Assembly: GCF_001673535.1 (NCBI RefSeq)
Contig: NZ_LZLY01000097.1
Span: forward strand, 21,840-53,839
From: Mycobacterium sp. 1081908.1
GTDB lineage: Bacteria; Actinomycetota; Actinomycetes; Mycobacteriales; Mycobacteriaceae
Direction of reading: 5' to 3'
Length of the DNA: 32,000 bases
Part shown: in pieces, positions 23,737 through 30,618 of the stretch
Layout of the letters: each line of letters begins with the position of its first letter
How positions within the stretch are numbered: the stretch's first letter is position 1
Position numbers and translations under genes: made by a program
Notes under the pieces: generated by a model
What the model was told of the DNA's origin: nothing
Databases searched by the model: none
What the model saw: the letters and a program-made list of their open reading frames with translations, nothing else

Positions 23737-24585
23737 CTAGCCCGACAGGTTGAAGTTGCCGTTGGTGCCGTAGATGGACAGCGAGACGAGCAGCGTCACC
23801 GACACGACGACGATCAACGAGGTTCGCACCGCGTTACCGGTCGCGACGCCGACACCGGCCGGTCCGCCCGAAGCAAAGTAGCCGAAATAGGTGTGAATCA
23901 ACAAGATTGTGATCGCCATCAGGACGGCCTGCAGGAACGACCACAACAGGTCGATCGGATTGAGGAACGTCGAGAAGTAGTGCTGATACAGCCCGCCCGA
24001 CTGGCCGAACAGGACCACGGTGGTGAATTGGCTCGCGAAGAACGACAGGATGACGGCAATGGAATACAGCGGCGTGATCGCCATCATTCCGGCCGCGATC
24101 CGGGTGCTGACCAGATACGAAACCGGCCGGATCGCCATGGATTCCAACGCGTCGATCTCTTCGTTGATCCGCATGGCACCCAGCTGCGCGGTCACGCCGG
24201 CGCCGAAGGTGGCCGCCAGACCGATCCCGGCGACGATCGGCGCCGCGATGCGAACATTGATGAACGCCGCCAAGAACCCGGTCAACGCCTCGATGCCGAT
24301 GTTGCCCAGCGAGCTATAGCCCTGGACGGCCAGCGTGCCGCCGGCGGCCAGCGTCAAGAAGCCGACGATCACCAGCGTGCCGCCGATCATGGCCAAAGTT
24401 CCTGCGCCCATGCTGATTTCGGCGATCAGGCGGATGACTTCCCGCCGGTAATGCCGGACGGCAAAGGGGACCCCGGCAAGCGCCTTGCCGTAGAACAGCG
24501 TGTGATCGCCGATCCGGCTCAGGGTGCCGACCGGCTTTTCGAGCTGCCGCGTCAGGCGCGGGTACGTGGCTCTCAGCGTCATCAC
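23737..24585 (-). CDS. yrbEB: YrbE/MlaE-type permease subunit B of the Mce transporter
   Basis: 282-aa polytopic ORF with the conserved permease EExDA loop (RINEEIDALESM). The start is GTG 24585 or ATG 24582. Confidence 0.9.
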   Translation of the reverse strand: MMTLRATYPRLTRQLEKPVGTLSRIGDHTLFYGKALAGVPFAVRHYRREVIRLIAEISMGAGTLAMIGGTLVIVGFLTLAAGGTLAVQGYSSLGNIGIEALTGFLAAFINVRIAAPIVAGIGLAATFGAGVTAQLGAMRINEEIDALESMAIRPVSYLVSTRIAAGMMAITPLYSIAVILSFFASQFTTVVLFGQSGGLYQHYFSTFLNPIDLLWSFLQAVLMAITILLIHTYFGYFASGGPAGVGVATGNAVRTSLIVVVSVTLLVSLSIYGTNGNFNLSG

Positions 24586-24604
24586 GGTATGCCCCTATAC
24601 CTCC

Positions 24605-25423
24605 TCAGTGGCCCTTGGCCGACATGCGGATACCGATAGCCGTCACAACCACATTCACGACGAACAGCGACATGAACGCGTACACGACCGTTTCGTTGAC
24701 GGCGTTGCCGACCGCCTTGGCGCCCCCACCGGACACCGTCAGCCCCCGGTAGCACGCGACCAACCCGGCGATCAGGCCGAAAAGCGCTGCCTTGACACAG
24801 GAAATGACCACCTCGGGCACGCCGGTCAGCAGGGTGATGCCGGCGGCGAACGCACCGGGATTGACGTCTTGGACGAACACCGAGAAGACGTAGCCGCCGA
24901 CAATACCGATGATGACCACCAGGCTGTTCAGCAGCAGCGCCACCAGACCCGCGGCCAGCATGCGGGGTGTCACGAGGCGCTGAACCGGGTTGATGCCCAG
25001 CACCTCCATCGCGTCGATCTCTTCTCGGATCGTTCGGGATCCCAGGTCCGCGCACATCGCCGTGGAACCGGCGCCCGCCACGATCAACACCGTGACCAGT
25101 GGGCCGACCTGGGTCACCGCACCGAAGGCCGCGCCGGCCCCGGACAGGTCCGCGGCGCCCAGTTCCCGCAGCAGGATGTTTAGCGTGAAGCTGACCAGGA
25201 CGGTGAACGGAATGGCCACCAGCAGGGTGGGAGCGAGCGCCACCCGGGCGACGAACCACGACTGCTCCAGAAACTCACGCCACTGGAAGGGCCGGCGGAA
25301 CACGAACTTGATGGCGTCGGCCGACATCGCGAACAAGCCGCCGACGGCCTCCATGGGCTTGGAGCCCCGGCCGAGCGAAATGCCGCCGGTCCATCGCTCC
25401 GGGCCCGCGCGCTTAATCGCCAT
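24605..25423 (-). CDS. yrbEA: YrbE/MlaE-type permease subunit A of the Mce transporter
   Basis: The track ORF is 24605..25510. I prefer ATG 25421-25423 (MAIKRAGPERW...), preceded by GGAAGGGA. The product is 272 aa, polytopic, with the EExDA loop (TIREEIDAMEV). Confidence 0.85.
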   Translation of the reverse strand: MAIKRAGPERWTGGISLGRGSKPMEAVGGLFAMSADAIKFVFRRPFQWREFLEQSWFVARVALAPTLLVAIPFTVLVSFTLNILLRELGAADLSGAGAAFGAVTQVGPLVTVLIVAGAGSTAMCADLGSRTIREEIDAMEVLGINPVQRLVTPRMLAAGLVALLLNSLVVIIGIVGGYVFSVFVQDVNPGAFAAGITLLTGVPEVVISCVKAALFGLIAGLVACYRGLTVSGGGAKAVGNAVNETVVYAFMSLFVVNVVVTAIGIRMSAKGH

Positions 25424-25625
25424 CGGCCTCAGTCCCTTCCAACATTTTCGAGACCGATGGTCTTGTTCCGCCGAATGACAGGCTGTAGATTTGGCTGGAC
25501 CGACGGCCACAAACGCGAGCTACCACAGTCGAAATGCGTTGCGGACAGCCGCATTCCGGCATTCGCCTCGGTGCGACAGCCACTACCATCCTCACGCCAC
25601 TCCTCCGTTCTGTCGCGTGAGTTGG

Positions 25626-25659
25626 CGCTTCAAAACGAGGGGCCTCGTGTCTTGAAGCG
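25626..25659 (-). terminator. Composite GC-rich hairpin between the CoA-transferase and yrbEA (possible factor-independent terminator or leader structure)
   Basis: Outer 8-bp arms are CGCTTCAA/TTGAAGCG and inner 6-bp arms are ACGAGG/CCTCGT. On the transcribed (minus) strand the inner stem is followed by TTTTG. The hairpin lies 127 nt downstream of stop 25786 and about 200 nt upstream of yrbEA start 25423. Confidence 0.3.
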
Positions 25660-25785
25660 TCCGGCGATTATGACTCATGCGGTGTCCGGGCGGAATGGAA
25701 AATTCAAAACCGTTATCGGACAGCTCATCGGATGAAAAGCGGCGTTCGGCTCACACATTTCACACAGCTCCAGTCCCTGTAGTCC

Positions 25786-26991
25786 TCAAGTGACGGCGCC
25801 GGCCGTCTTGAGTTCGATGATGCGGTCCCAATCGAGTCCGATTTCCATCAGGATTTCGTCGGTCTGCTCGGCGAATCCGGGCGCCGGGCCGGTGCGTGGC
25901 GCCGTGACGTCGAACTGGACCGGGTTGGCCACCAGGTCGAGTTCGCCTGCGCGAACCAGGTACTCGTTGGCCCGGATTTGGGCGTCGTCGACCGCCTGCA
26001 AGGTGTCCTGCACGGGCGCCCATGGACCGGCAAGCGTGGCAAAGCGGTCGCTCCACTCGGCAAGCGTGCGGGTTGCGATCACCTTGGTCAAGATCTCGAC
26101 CGCATCCGCGGTATTGGCGGCGATCGTCTCGACGGTGGCGAAGCGGGGATCGTCGGCCAGCTCCGGCAACTCGACGTGCCGGCAAACGTCGGCCCAGAAC
26201 TTGGTGGGCTGCATCATCACGAAGGAGATGTAGCGGCCGTCGGAGGTGGTATACAGCCCGACCAACGGATTGTTCGGCGCGCCGTGCACGCCCGGCGGCG
26301 GCGCCTCCATCCGCTGGTCCAGATGCTTCGTCAGCGCGACCGTGTGTCCCATCGCCCAGAAGCCACTGCCCAGCAGCGACACGTCGACGACCGACGGTTC
26401 GCCGGTGCGTTCGCGCTTGAGCAACGCCGCCGCGATGCCGCCGGCGAGGTTGGTGCCGGAGATCGTGTCGCCGTAGGCCGGTCCGGGGGGCGCGATCATG
26501 CCGGGCATCCCGGCAGGGGTGATGGTCGCGGCGGTGCCGGCCCGGCACCAGAACGCGGTCATGTCGTAGCCGCCCTTTTCCGATTCGGCGCCCCGCGGGC
26601 CGAGCGCGCTCCCGCGGGCGTAGACGATGTTCGGGTTGACCGTACGAATGTCGTCGACGTCGATGCCGAACTTCTTCCGGTGAGCGGGAAGGAAGCTCGT
26701 GAGGAACACGTCGGACCGGCGGGCCAGCTCGTAGAGCACCTCTTTGCCCTCGGGCACCGCCATGTCGAGTCCGATGCTGCGCTTGCCGCGGTTGGCGTGT
26801 TCGATGTTGGGGTTCGGGTCGCCCTCGACGCGCAACATGCCGGTCTGCCGGAGCCCGCGTTGCGGGTCGCCCGTCACGGCGTGCTCGACCTTGACCACGT
26901 CGGCGCCCCACTCGGCGAGCACGGCGCCCGCGGACGGGACGAACCCGTACATGGCGACCTCCAGGACGCGGATGCCCTCCAGCGGCCTCAT
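25786..26991 (-). CDS. Family III CoA-transferase (CaiB/BaiF/Frc-like)
   Basis: The track ORF is 25786..27930, but the upstream part overlaps the ALDH gene in another frame. I prefer ATG 26989-26991 (MRPLEGIRVLEVAMYGFVPSAGAVLAEWGADVVKVE), which overlaps the ALDH stop (ATGA). The product is 401 aa and has the typical N-terminal Rossmann-like signature and a GGYDMTAFW region. Confidence 0.85.
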   Translation of the reverse strand: MRPLEGIRVLEVAMYGFVPSAGAVLAEWGADVVKVEHAVTGDPQRGLRQTGMLRVEGDPNPNIEHANRGKRSIGLDMAVPEGKEVLYELARRSDVFLTSFLPAHRKKFGIDVDDIRTVNPNIVYARGSALGPRGAESEKGGYDMTAFWCRAGTAATITPAGMPGMIAPPGPAYGDTISGTNLAGGIAAALLKRERTGEPSVVDVSLLGSGFWAMGHTVALTKHLDQRMEAPPPGVHGAPNNPLVGLYTTSDGRYISFVMMQPTKFWADVCRHVELPELADDPRFATVETIAANTADAVEILTKVIATRTLAEWSDRFATLAGPWAPVQDTLQAVDDAQIRANEYLVRAGELDLVANPVQFDVTAPRTGPAPGFAEQTDEILMEIGLDWDRIIELKTAGAVT

Positions 26992-28505
26992 GCGGGCGCC
27001 CCGACAACGGGAACTGCAAAGGTCTTGCCCTCCAAGAACTCCTCCAGCCCGGCGACGCCCATCTCGCGGCCGACACCCGACTGCTTGAAGCCGCCGAACG
27101 GGCTGTCGGCGGCGAAGTAGTTGCCGCCGTTGATGGAGAACGATCCGGTCCGGATCCGGCGCGCCACCGCCAGGGCGCGGTCCTGGTCGCGGCTGAAGAC
27201 CGCGCCGGCCAGTCCGTAGATCGAGTTGTTGGCGATGCGCACCGCGTCGTCGTCGTCGTCGAACGCGATGACCACCAGCACCGGTCCGAAGACCTCGTCC
27301 TGGGCGATCTCGCTGTCGGGGTCGACGTTGGTGAGCAGCGTGGGCGCATAGAAGTAGCCCGGATCCAACCGCTTGCCGCCCGTGACCAGAGTCGCGCCCG
27401 CGGCCACGGCCCGCTGGACCATTCCGTCGACCTTGTCGCGCTGGCGCTCGTTGATGAGCGGCCCCATGAGCGTCTTCGAATCGGCGGGGTCGCCGTGGCG
27501 CACCTTGGCGAAGTTGGCCGCGATCAGTTCGACGATCTCGTCGTGGTGCGACCTGGGCACCAACAGCCGCGACGTGAGCGCGCAGCCCTGCCCGGCGTGG
27601 GTGACCATGCTGAACGCCGCGAACATGCTCGCTCCGGCGAAGTCCGCGTCGTCGAGCATGATCACGGCCGACTTGCCGCCCAGCTCCAGGAAGACGCGTT
27701 TGACGGTCTCGCTGGCGGCGGCCATGATCTTGCGGCCGACGGCGGTCGATCCGGTGAAGGTGACGACGTCGACGTCGGGGCTGGTGGTCAACGCGACCCC
27801 GACGGCCGCGTCCGACGAAGTGAGGACGTTCACGACGCCGGCCGGGATGTCGGTGTGGTTGGCGATCACCTCGCCGAGCGCCAGCGTGACCAGCGGGGTG
27901 TCCGGCGCCCCCTTGAGCACCACGGTGCATCCGGCGGCCAGCGCCGGGGCCAGCTTGGCGAGCGCGAGCTGGTTCGGATAGTTGTAGGCGATGATGGCCG
28001 CCGCCACTCCCGCGGCTTCCTTCTCCACCCAGCGGTGATGAAGCATGCCCCGCGATTCGATCTCGCCGAGGTCTTCGGAGAACTGATAGGTGCGCAGCAG
28101 GTCGGCGTAGAAGCGCACGATCTTGATGGGGTCGTCGAGCTGAGCGCCCTGGGTGAGCGCGCGGGTCGCGCCGACCTCGGCGATGGTCAGCTCGCGCAGC
28201 TCCTCGGCGTGCTCGACCAGCGCCGCGTGCAACTGGTCGAGGCAGCGGATCCGCAACTCGACGTTGGTCGACCAGTCGGTCGTGTCGAAGGCGTGCCGGG
28301 CCGCCGAGATCGCCGCGTGGGCCTGCTCGACGCCGGCATCGGGCGCATGCCCGATGACCGCACCGGTGGCGGGGTTGATCGAGGGGAACGTCTTGTCGGC
28401 GGTGACGAGCCGGCCGTCAATCAGCAGTCGGCGATCGACCTGTGACTCGGGCGCGGCATCCGCGATCGTCTTCGCGGTGGTCTCTGCCGTGTCCTGCACT
28501 GGCAT
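26988..28505 (-). CDS. NAD(P)-dependent aldehyde dehydrogenase
   Basis: 505-aa ORF with the catalytic Glu motif FLELGGKSA, catalytic Cys motif HAGQGCALTSRLLV and cofactor motif FTGSTAVG. The SD GAGGGAG lies upstream of ATG 28505. Confidence 0.9.
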   Translation of the reverse strand: MPVQDTAETTAKTIADAAPESQVDRRLLIDGRLVTADKTFPSINPATGAVIGHAPDAGVEQAHAAISAARHAFDTTDWSTNVELRIRCLDQLHAALVEHAEELRELTIAEVGATRALTQGAQLDDPIKIVRFYADLLRTYQFSEDLGEIESRGMLHHRWVEKEAAGVAAAIIAYNYPNQLALAKLAPALAAGCTVVLKGAPDTPLVTLALGEVIANHTDIPAGVVNVLTSSDAAVGVALTTSPDVDVVTFTGSTAVGRKIMAAASETVKRVFLELGGKSAVIMLDDADFAGASMFAAFSMVTHAGQGCALTSRLLVPRSHHDEIVELIAANFAKVRHGDPADSKTLMGPLINERQRDKVDGMVQRAVAAGATLVTGGKRLDPGYFYAPTLLTNVDPDSEIAQDEVFGPVLVVIAFDDDDDAVRIANNSIYGLAGAVFSRDQDRALAVARRIRTGSFSINGGNYFAADSPFGGFKQSGVGREMGVAGLEEFLEGKTFAVPVVGAPA

Positions 28506-28534
28506 CCCCTACTCCCTCGTGTGGTGACGGTCAC

Positions 28535-28549
28535 GAAAATTTCATTCTC
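28535..28549. promoter_or_regulatory. Near-match to the GnGAAT-N3-ATTCnC motif (gene strand: GAGAATGAAATTTTC)
   Basis: One core mismatch (ATTT for ATTC). It is centred 37 nt upstream of ALDH start 28505, the same geometry as the perfect copies. It is weak on its own, because one-mismatch cores also occur inside coding DNA. Confidence 0.25.
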
Positions 28550-28786
28550 TTCCCCGGCGAATCTTACATTCGGGTCTCGATAATTCAAGAAAGTCTCAGG
28601 AATGGGACCGGGCCGCCGACCAGCGGCGTTATTGAGCGTGTGTTGCGGTAGTGGGCCTCTCGGCGCAGGCCGTGCGCGGTTTCGCGGCCATGTTGCACGC
28701 CGCTTCGCGCCGAGAGTAAGGTTCTCATAATTGTAAGGGAGATTCTTTGTGACTGAGATGGCCGCATTTGGAGACGAGGCCTCGAC

Positions 28787-29488
28787 GTGAAGACCGCGGT
28801 GGTCACCGGTGGCGGATCCGGCATCGGTCAAGCGGTCGCGCAGCGGCTGCGCGCCGACGGACTTGATGTCGCCACCATCGACCTCAGACCGTCGGAAGCC
28901 GACTTCGCCTTCACCGCCGACGTCACCGACCGGCCGCAGGTGGATGCCGCGCTGGCGGCCATCCGCGCCCAGCTGGGACCCGTGACGGTCCTCGTCAATG
29001 CGGCGGGCCTGGACGGCTTCAAGCGCTTCGCCAACATCACCTTCGAGGAGTGGCAGCGGGTGATCGACGTCAACCTCAATGGTGTCTTCCACGTGACCCA
29101 GGCGGTGCTGCCCGACATGGTGGAGGCCGGGTGGGGACGGATCGTCAACATCTCGTCGTCGAGCACCCATTCCGGTGCGCCCTACATGAGCCACTACGTG
29201 GCGGCCAAGTCCGCGGTCAACGGCCTCACCAAGTCGCTGGCACTCGAGTACGGCCCCAATGGCATCACGGTGAACGCCGTGCCGCCGGGATTCATCGACA
29301 CCCCGATGCTGCGCGCCGCGGAGCAACACGGATACCTCGGCGACATCGAAGCGACCATCGCCCGGACCCCGGTGCGCCGGATGGGCAAGCCGGAAGACAT
29401 CGCGGCCGCGTGTGCCTTCCTGATCTCCGAAGAGGCCGGCTACATCACCGGTCAGATCTTGGGCGTCAACGGCGGCCGCAACACCTGA
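28787..29488 (+). CDS. Classical short-chain dehydrogenase/reductase (FabG-like)
   Basis: 233-aa ORF with a GTG start. Signatures: TGGGSGIG cofactor motif, NAAG, the catalytic Ser region NISSSS and YVAAK (YxxxK). Confidence 0.9.
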   Translation: MKTAVVTGGGSGIGQAVAQRLRADGLDVATIDLRPSEADFAFTADVTDRPQVDAALAAIRAQLGPVTVLVNAAGLDGFKRFANITFEEWQRVIDVNLNGVFHVTQAVLPDMVEAGWGRIVNISSSSTHSGAPYMSHYVAAKSAVNGLTKSLALEYGPNGITVNAVPPGFIDTPMLRAAEQHGYLGDIEATIARTPVRRMGKPEDIAAACAFLISEEAGYITGQILGVNGGRNT

Positions 29489-29511
29489 GCATCGACTTAA
29501 AAGGAGACAGT

Positions 29512-30387
29512 GTGGGAGAGGGCGCACCGGGGCGCGTTAAGGGAAGGGTCGCCTTCGTCACCGGCGCGGCGCGCGGGCAGGGTCGCAGCCACGCGGTGCG
29601 GCTGGCCGAGGAGGGCGCCGACATCATCGCCGTCGACCTGTGCCGTGACGTCGACACGATCGGTTACCCCATGGCGGCACCCGAGGACCTCGAGGAGACC
29701 GCCCGGCTCATCGAGAAGACCGGCCAGGGCGCCGCGATCGCCCAGGCCGACGTGCGCGACGCCGCGCAACTGAGCGCGGCCCTGGAGCGCGGGGTCGCGG
29801 AGTTCGGCAGGCTCGACATCGTCGTGGCGCAGGCCGGGGTCGCCGGCATGAAGGGCCGCCCGCCCCTGCAGGCGTGGTGCGACGTCATCAACACCAACCT
29901 GATCGGCACCATCAACGCCATCCAGGTCGCGCTGCCCTACCTGGGCCAGGGCGCCTCGATTGTCGCGACCGGATCCACCGCCGCGCTGATGGATACCGCC
30001 AAGAAGGACAACCCCGGCAACGACCCGGGCGGCATGGCCTACATCCACTCCAAGCGGGCGCTGTCGCACTATGTCCACGACCTGGCAACCGAGCTGGCGC
30101 CGTTGGGGATTCGCGCCAACGTGATTCACCCGACCAACACCAACACCCCGATGCTGCAGAGCGAGCCGATGTACCGGTCGTTCCGGCCGGACCTCGAACG
30201 CCCGACCCGGGCCGACGCCGAACCGGTTTTCGGCGTGCAGCAGGCGATGAAAATCCCCTACATCGAACCCGAGGACATCAGCAACGCCGTGCTGTGGTTG
30301 GCCTCCGACGAGGCCCGGTACGTCACCGGCGTGCAGCTGCGCGTCGATGCCGGCGGCTACCTCAAGTGGTACGACTACGACAATTGA
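29512..30387 (+). CDS. Mycofactocin-coupled SDR family oxidoreductase (carveol dehydrogenase-like)
   Basis: The track ORF is 29050..30387, which overlaps the previous gene in another frame. I prefer GTG 29512, 5 nt after AAGGAG (29501-29506). The N-terminus GRVAFVTGAARGQGRSHAVRLAEEGADIIAVDLC...YPMAAPEDLEET...ADVRD and the C-terminus EPEDISNAVLWLASDEARYVTGVQLRVDAG match my recollection of the mycofactocin-associated SDR subfamily. YIHSK provides the YxxxK motif. Confidence 0.8.
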   Translation: MGEGAPGRVKGRVAFVTGAARGQGRSHAVRLAEEGADIIAVDLCRDVDTIGYPMAAPEDLEETARLIEKTGQGAAIAQADVRDAAQLSAALERGVAEFGRLDIVVAQAGVAGMKGRPPLQAWCDVINTNLIGTINAIQVALPYLGQGASIVATGSTAALMDTAKKDNPGNDPGGMAYIHSKRALSHYVHDLATELAPLGIRANVIHPTNTNTPMLQSEPMYRSFRPDLERPTRADAEPVFGVQQAMKIPYIEPEDISNAVLWLASDEARYVTGVQLRVDAGGYLKWYDYDN

Positions 30388-30403
30388 GCCGCAAGGAGAC
30401 ATC

Positions 30404-30604
30404 GTGAAGGTCTGGGTTGATTCGGAACGCTGCCAGGGCCACACCCTTTGCGCGATGATCGCGCCGGATTCGTTCCAGCTCAGCGACATCGACGGCAGTT
30501 CGTCGGCGGTCGACGAGGTGGTGCCGGCCGACAAGGAGGATCAGGTCCGCGAAGCCGCCCACTCCTGCCCGGAACAGGCCATCGTCATCACGGATGAAAC
30601 GTAA
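30404..30604 (+). CDS. Small [3Fe-4S]-type ferredoxin (P450 redox partner type)
   Basis: The track ORF is 30347..30604. I prefer GTG 30404, 5 nt after AAGGAG (30393-30398). The 66-aa product has the cluster motif CQGHTLC...CP (CxxHxxC(x)nCP) and lies immediately upstream of a P450. Confidence 0.8.
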   Translation: MKVWVDSERCQGHTLCAMIAPDSFQLSDIDGSSSAVDEVVPADKEDQVREAAHSCPEQAIVITDET

Positions 30605-30618
30605 AGGGAGACAGCGCC

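Noticed and set aside
25786-27930. 714-aa version of the CoA-transferase ORF
   Set aside because: The N-terminal ~310 aa overlap the aldehyde dehydrogenase gene out of frame and look like low-complexity noise. The canonical family III N-terminus begins at ATG 26991, which also forms an ATGA junction with the ALDH stop.
28712-28726. GAGAGTAAGGTTCTC as a KstR-type (TnnAACnnGTTnnA) sterol-regulon operator
   Set aside because: It has an odd (3-nt) central spacing and imperfect arms that do not fit the even-spaced KstR consensus. I kept it only as a weak relative of the GAAT-N3-ATTC motif.
29050-30387. 445-aa version of the second SDR ORF
   Set aside because: The upstream 154 codons overlap the first SDR in another frame. 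An SD-preceded GTG at 29512 gives the canonical SDR N-terminus.
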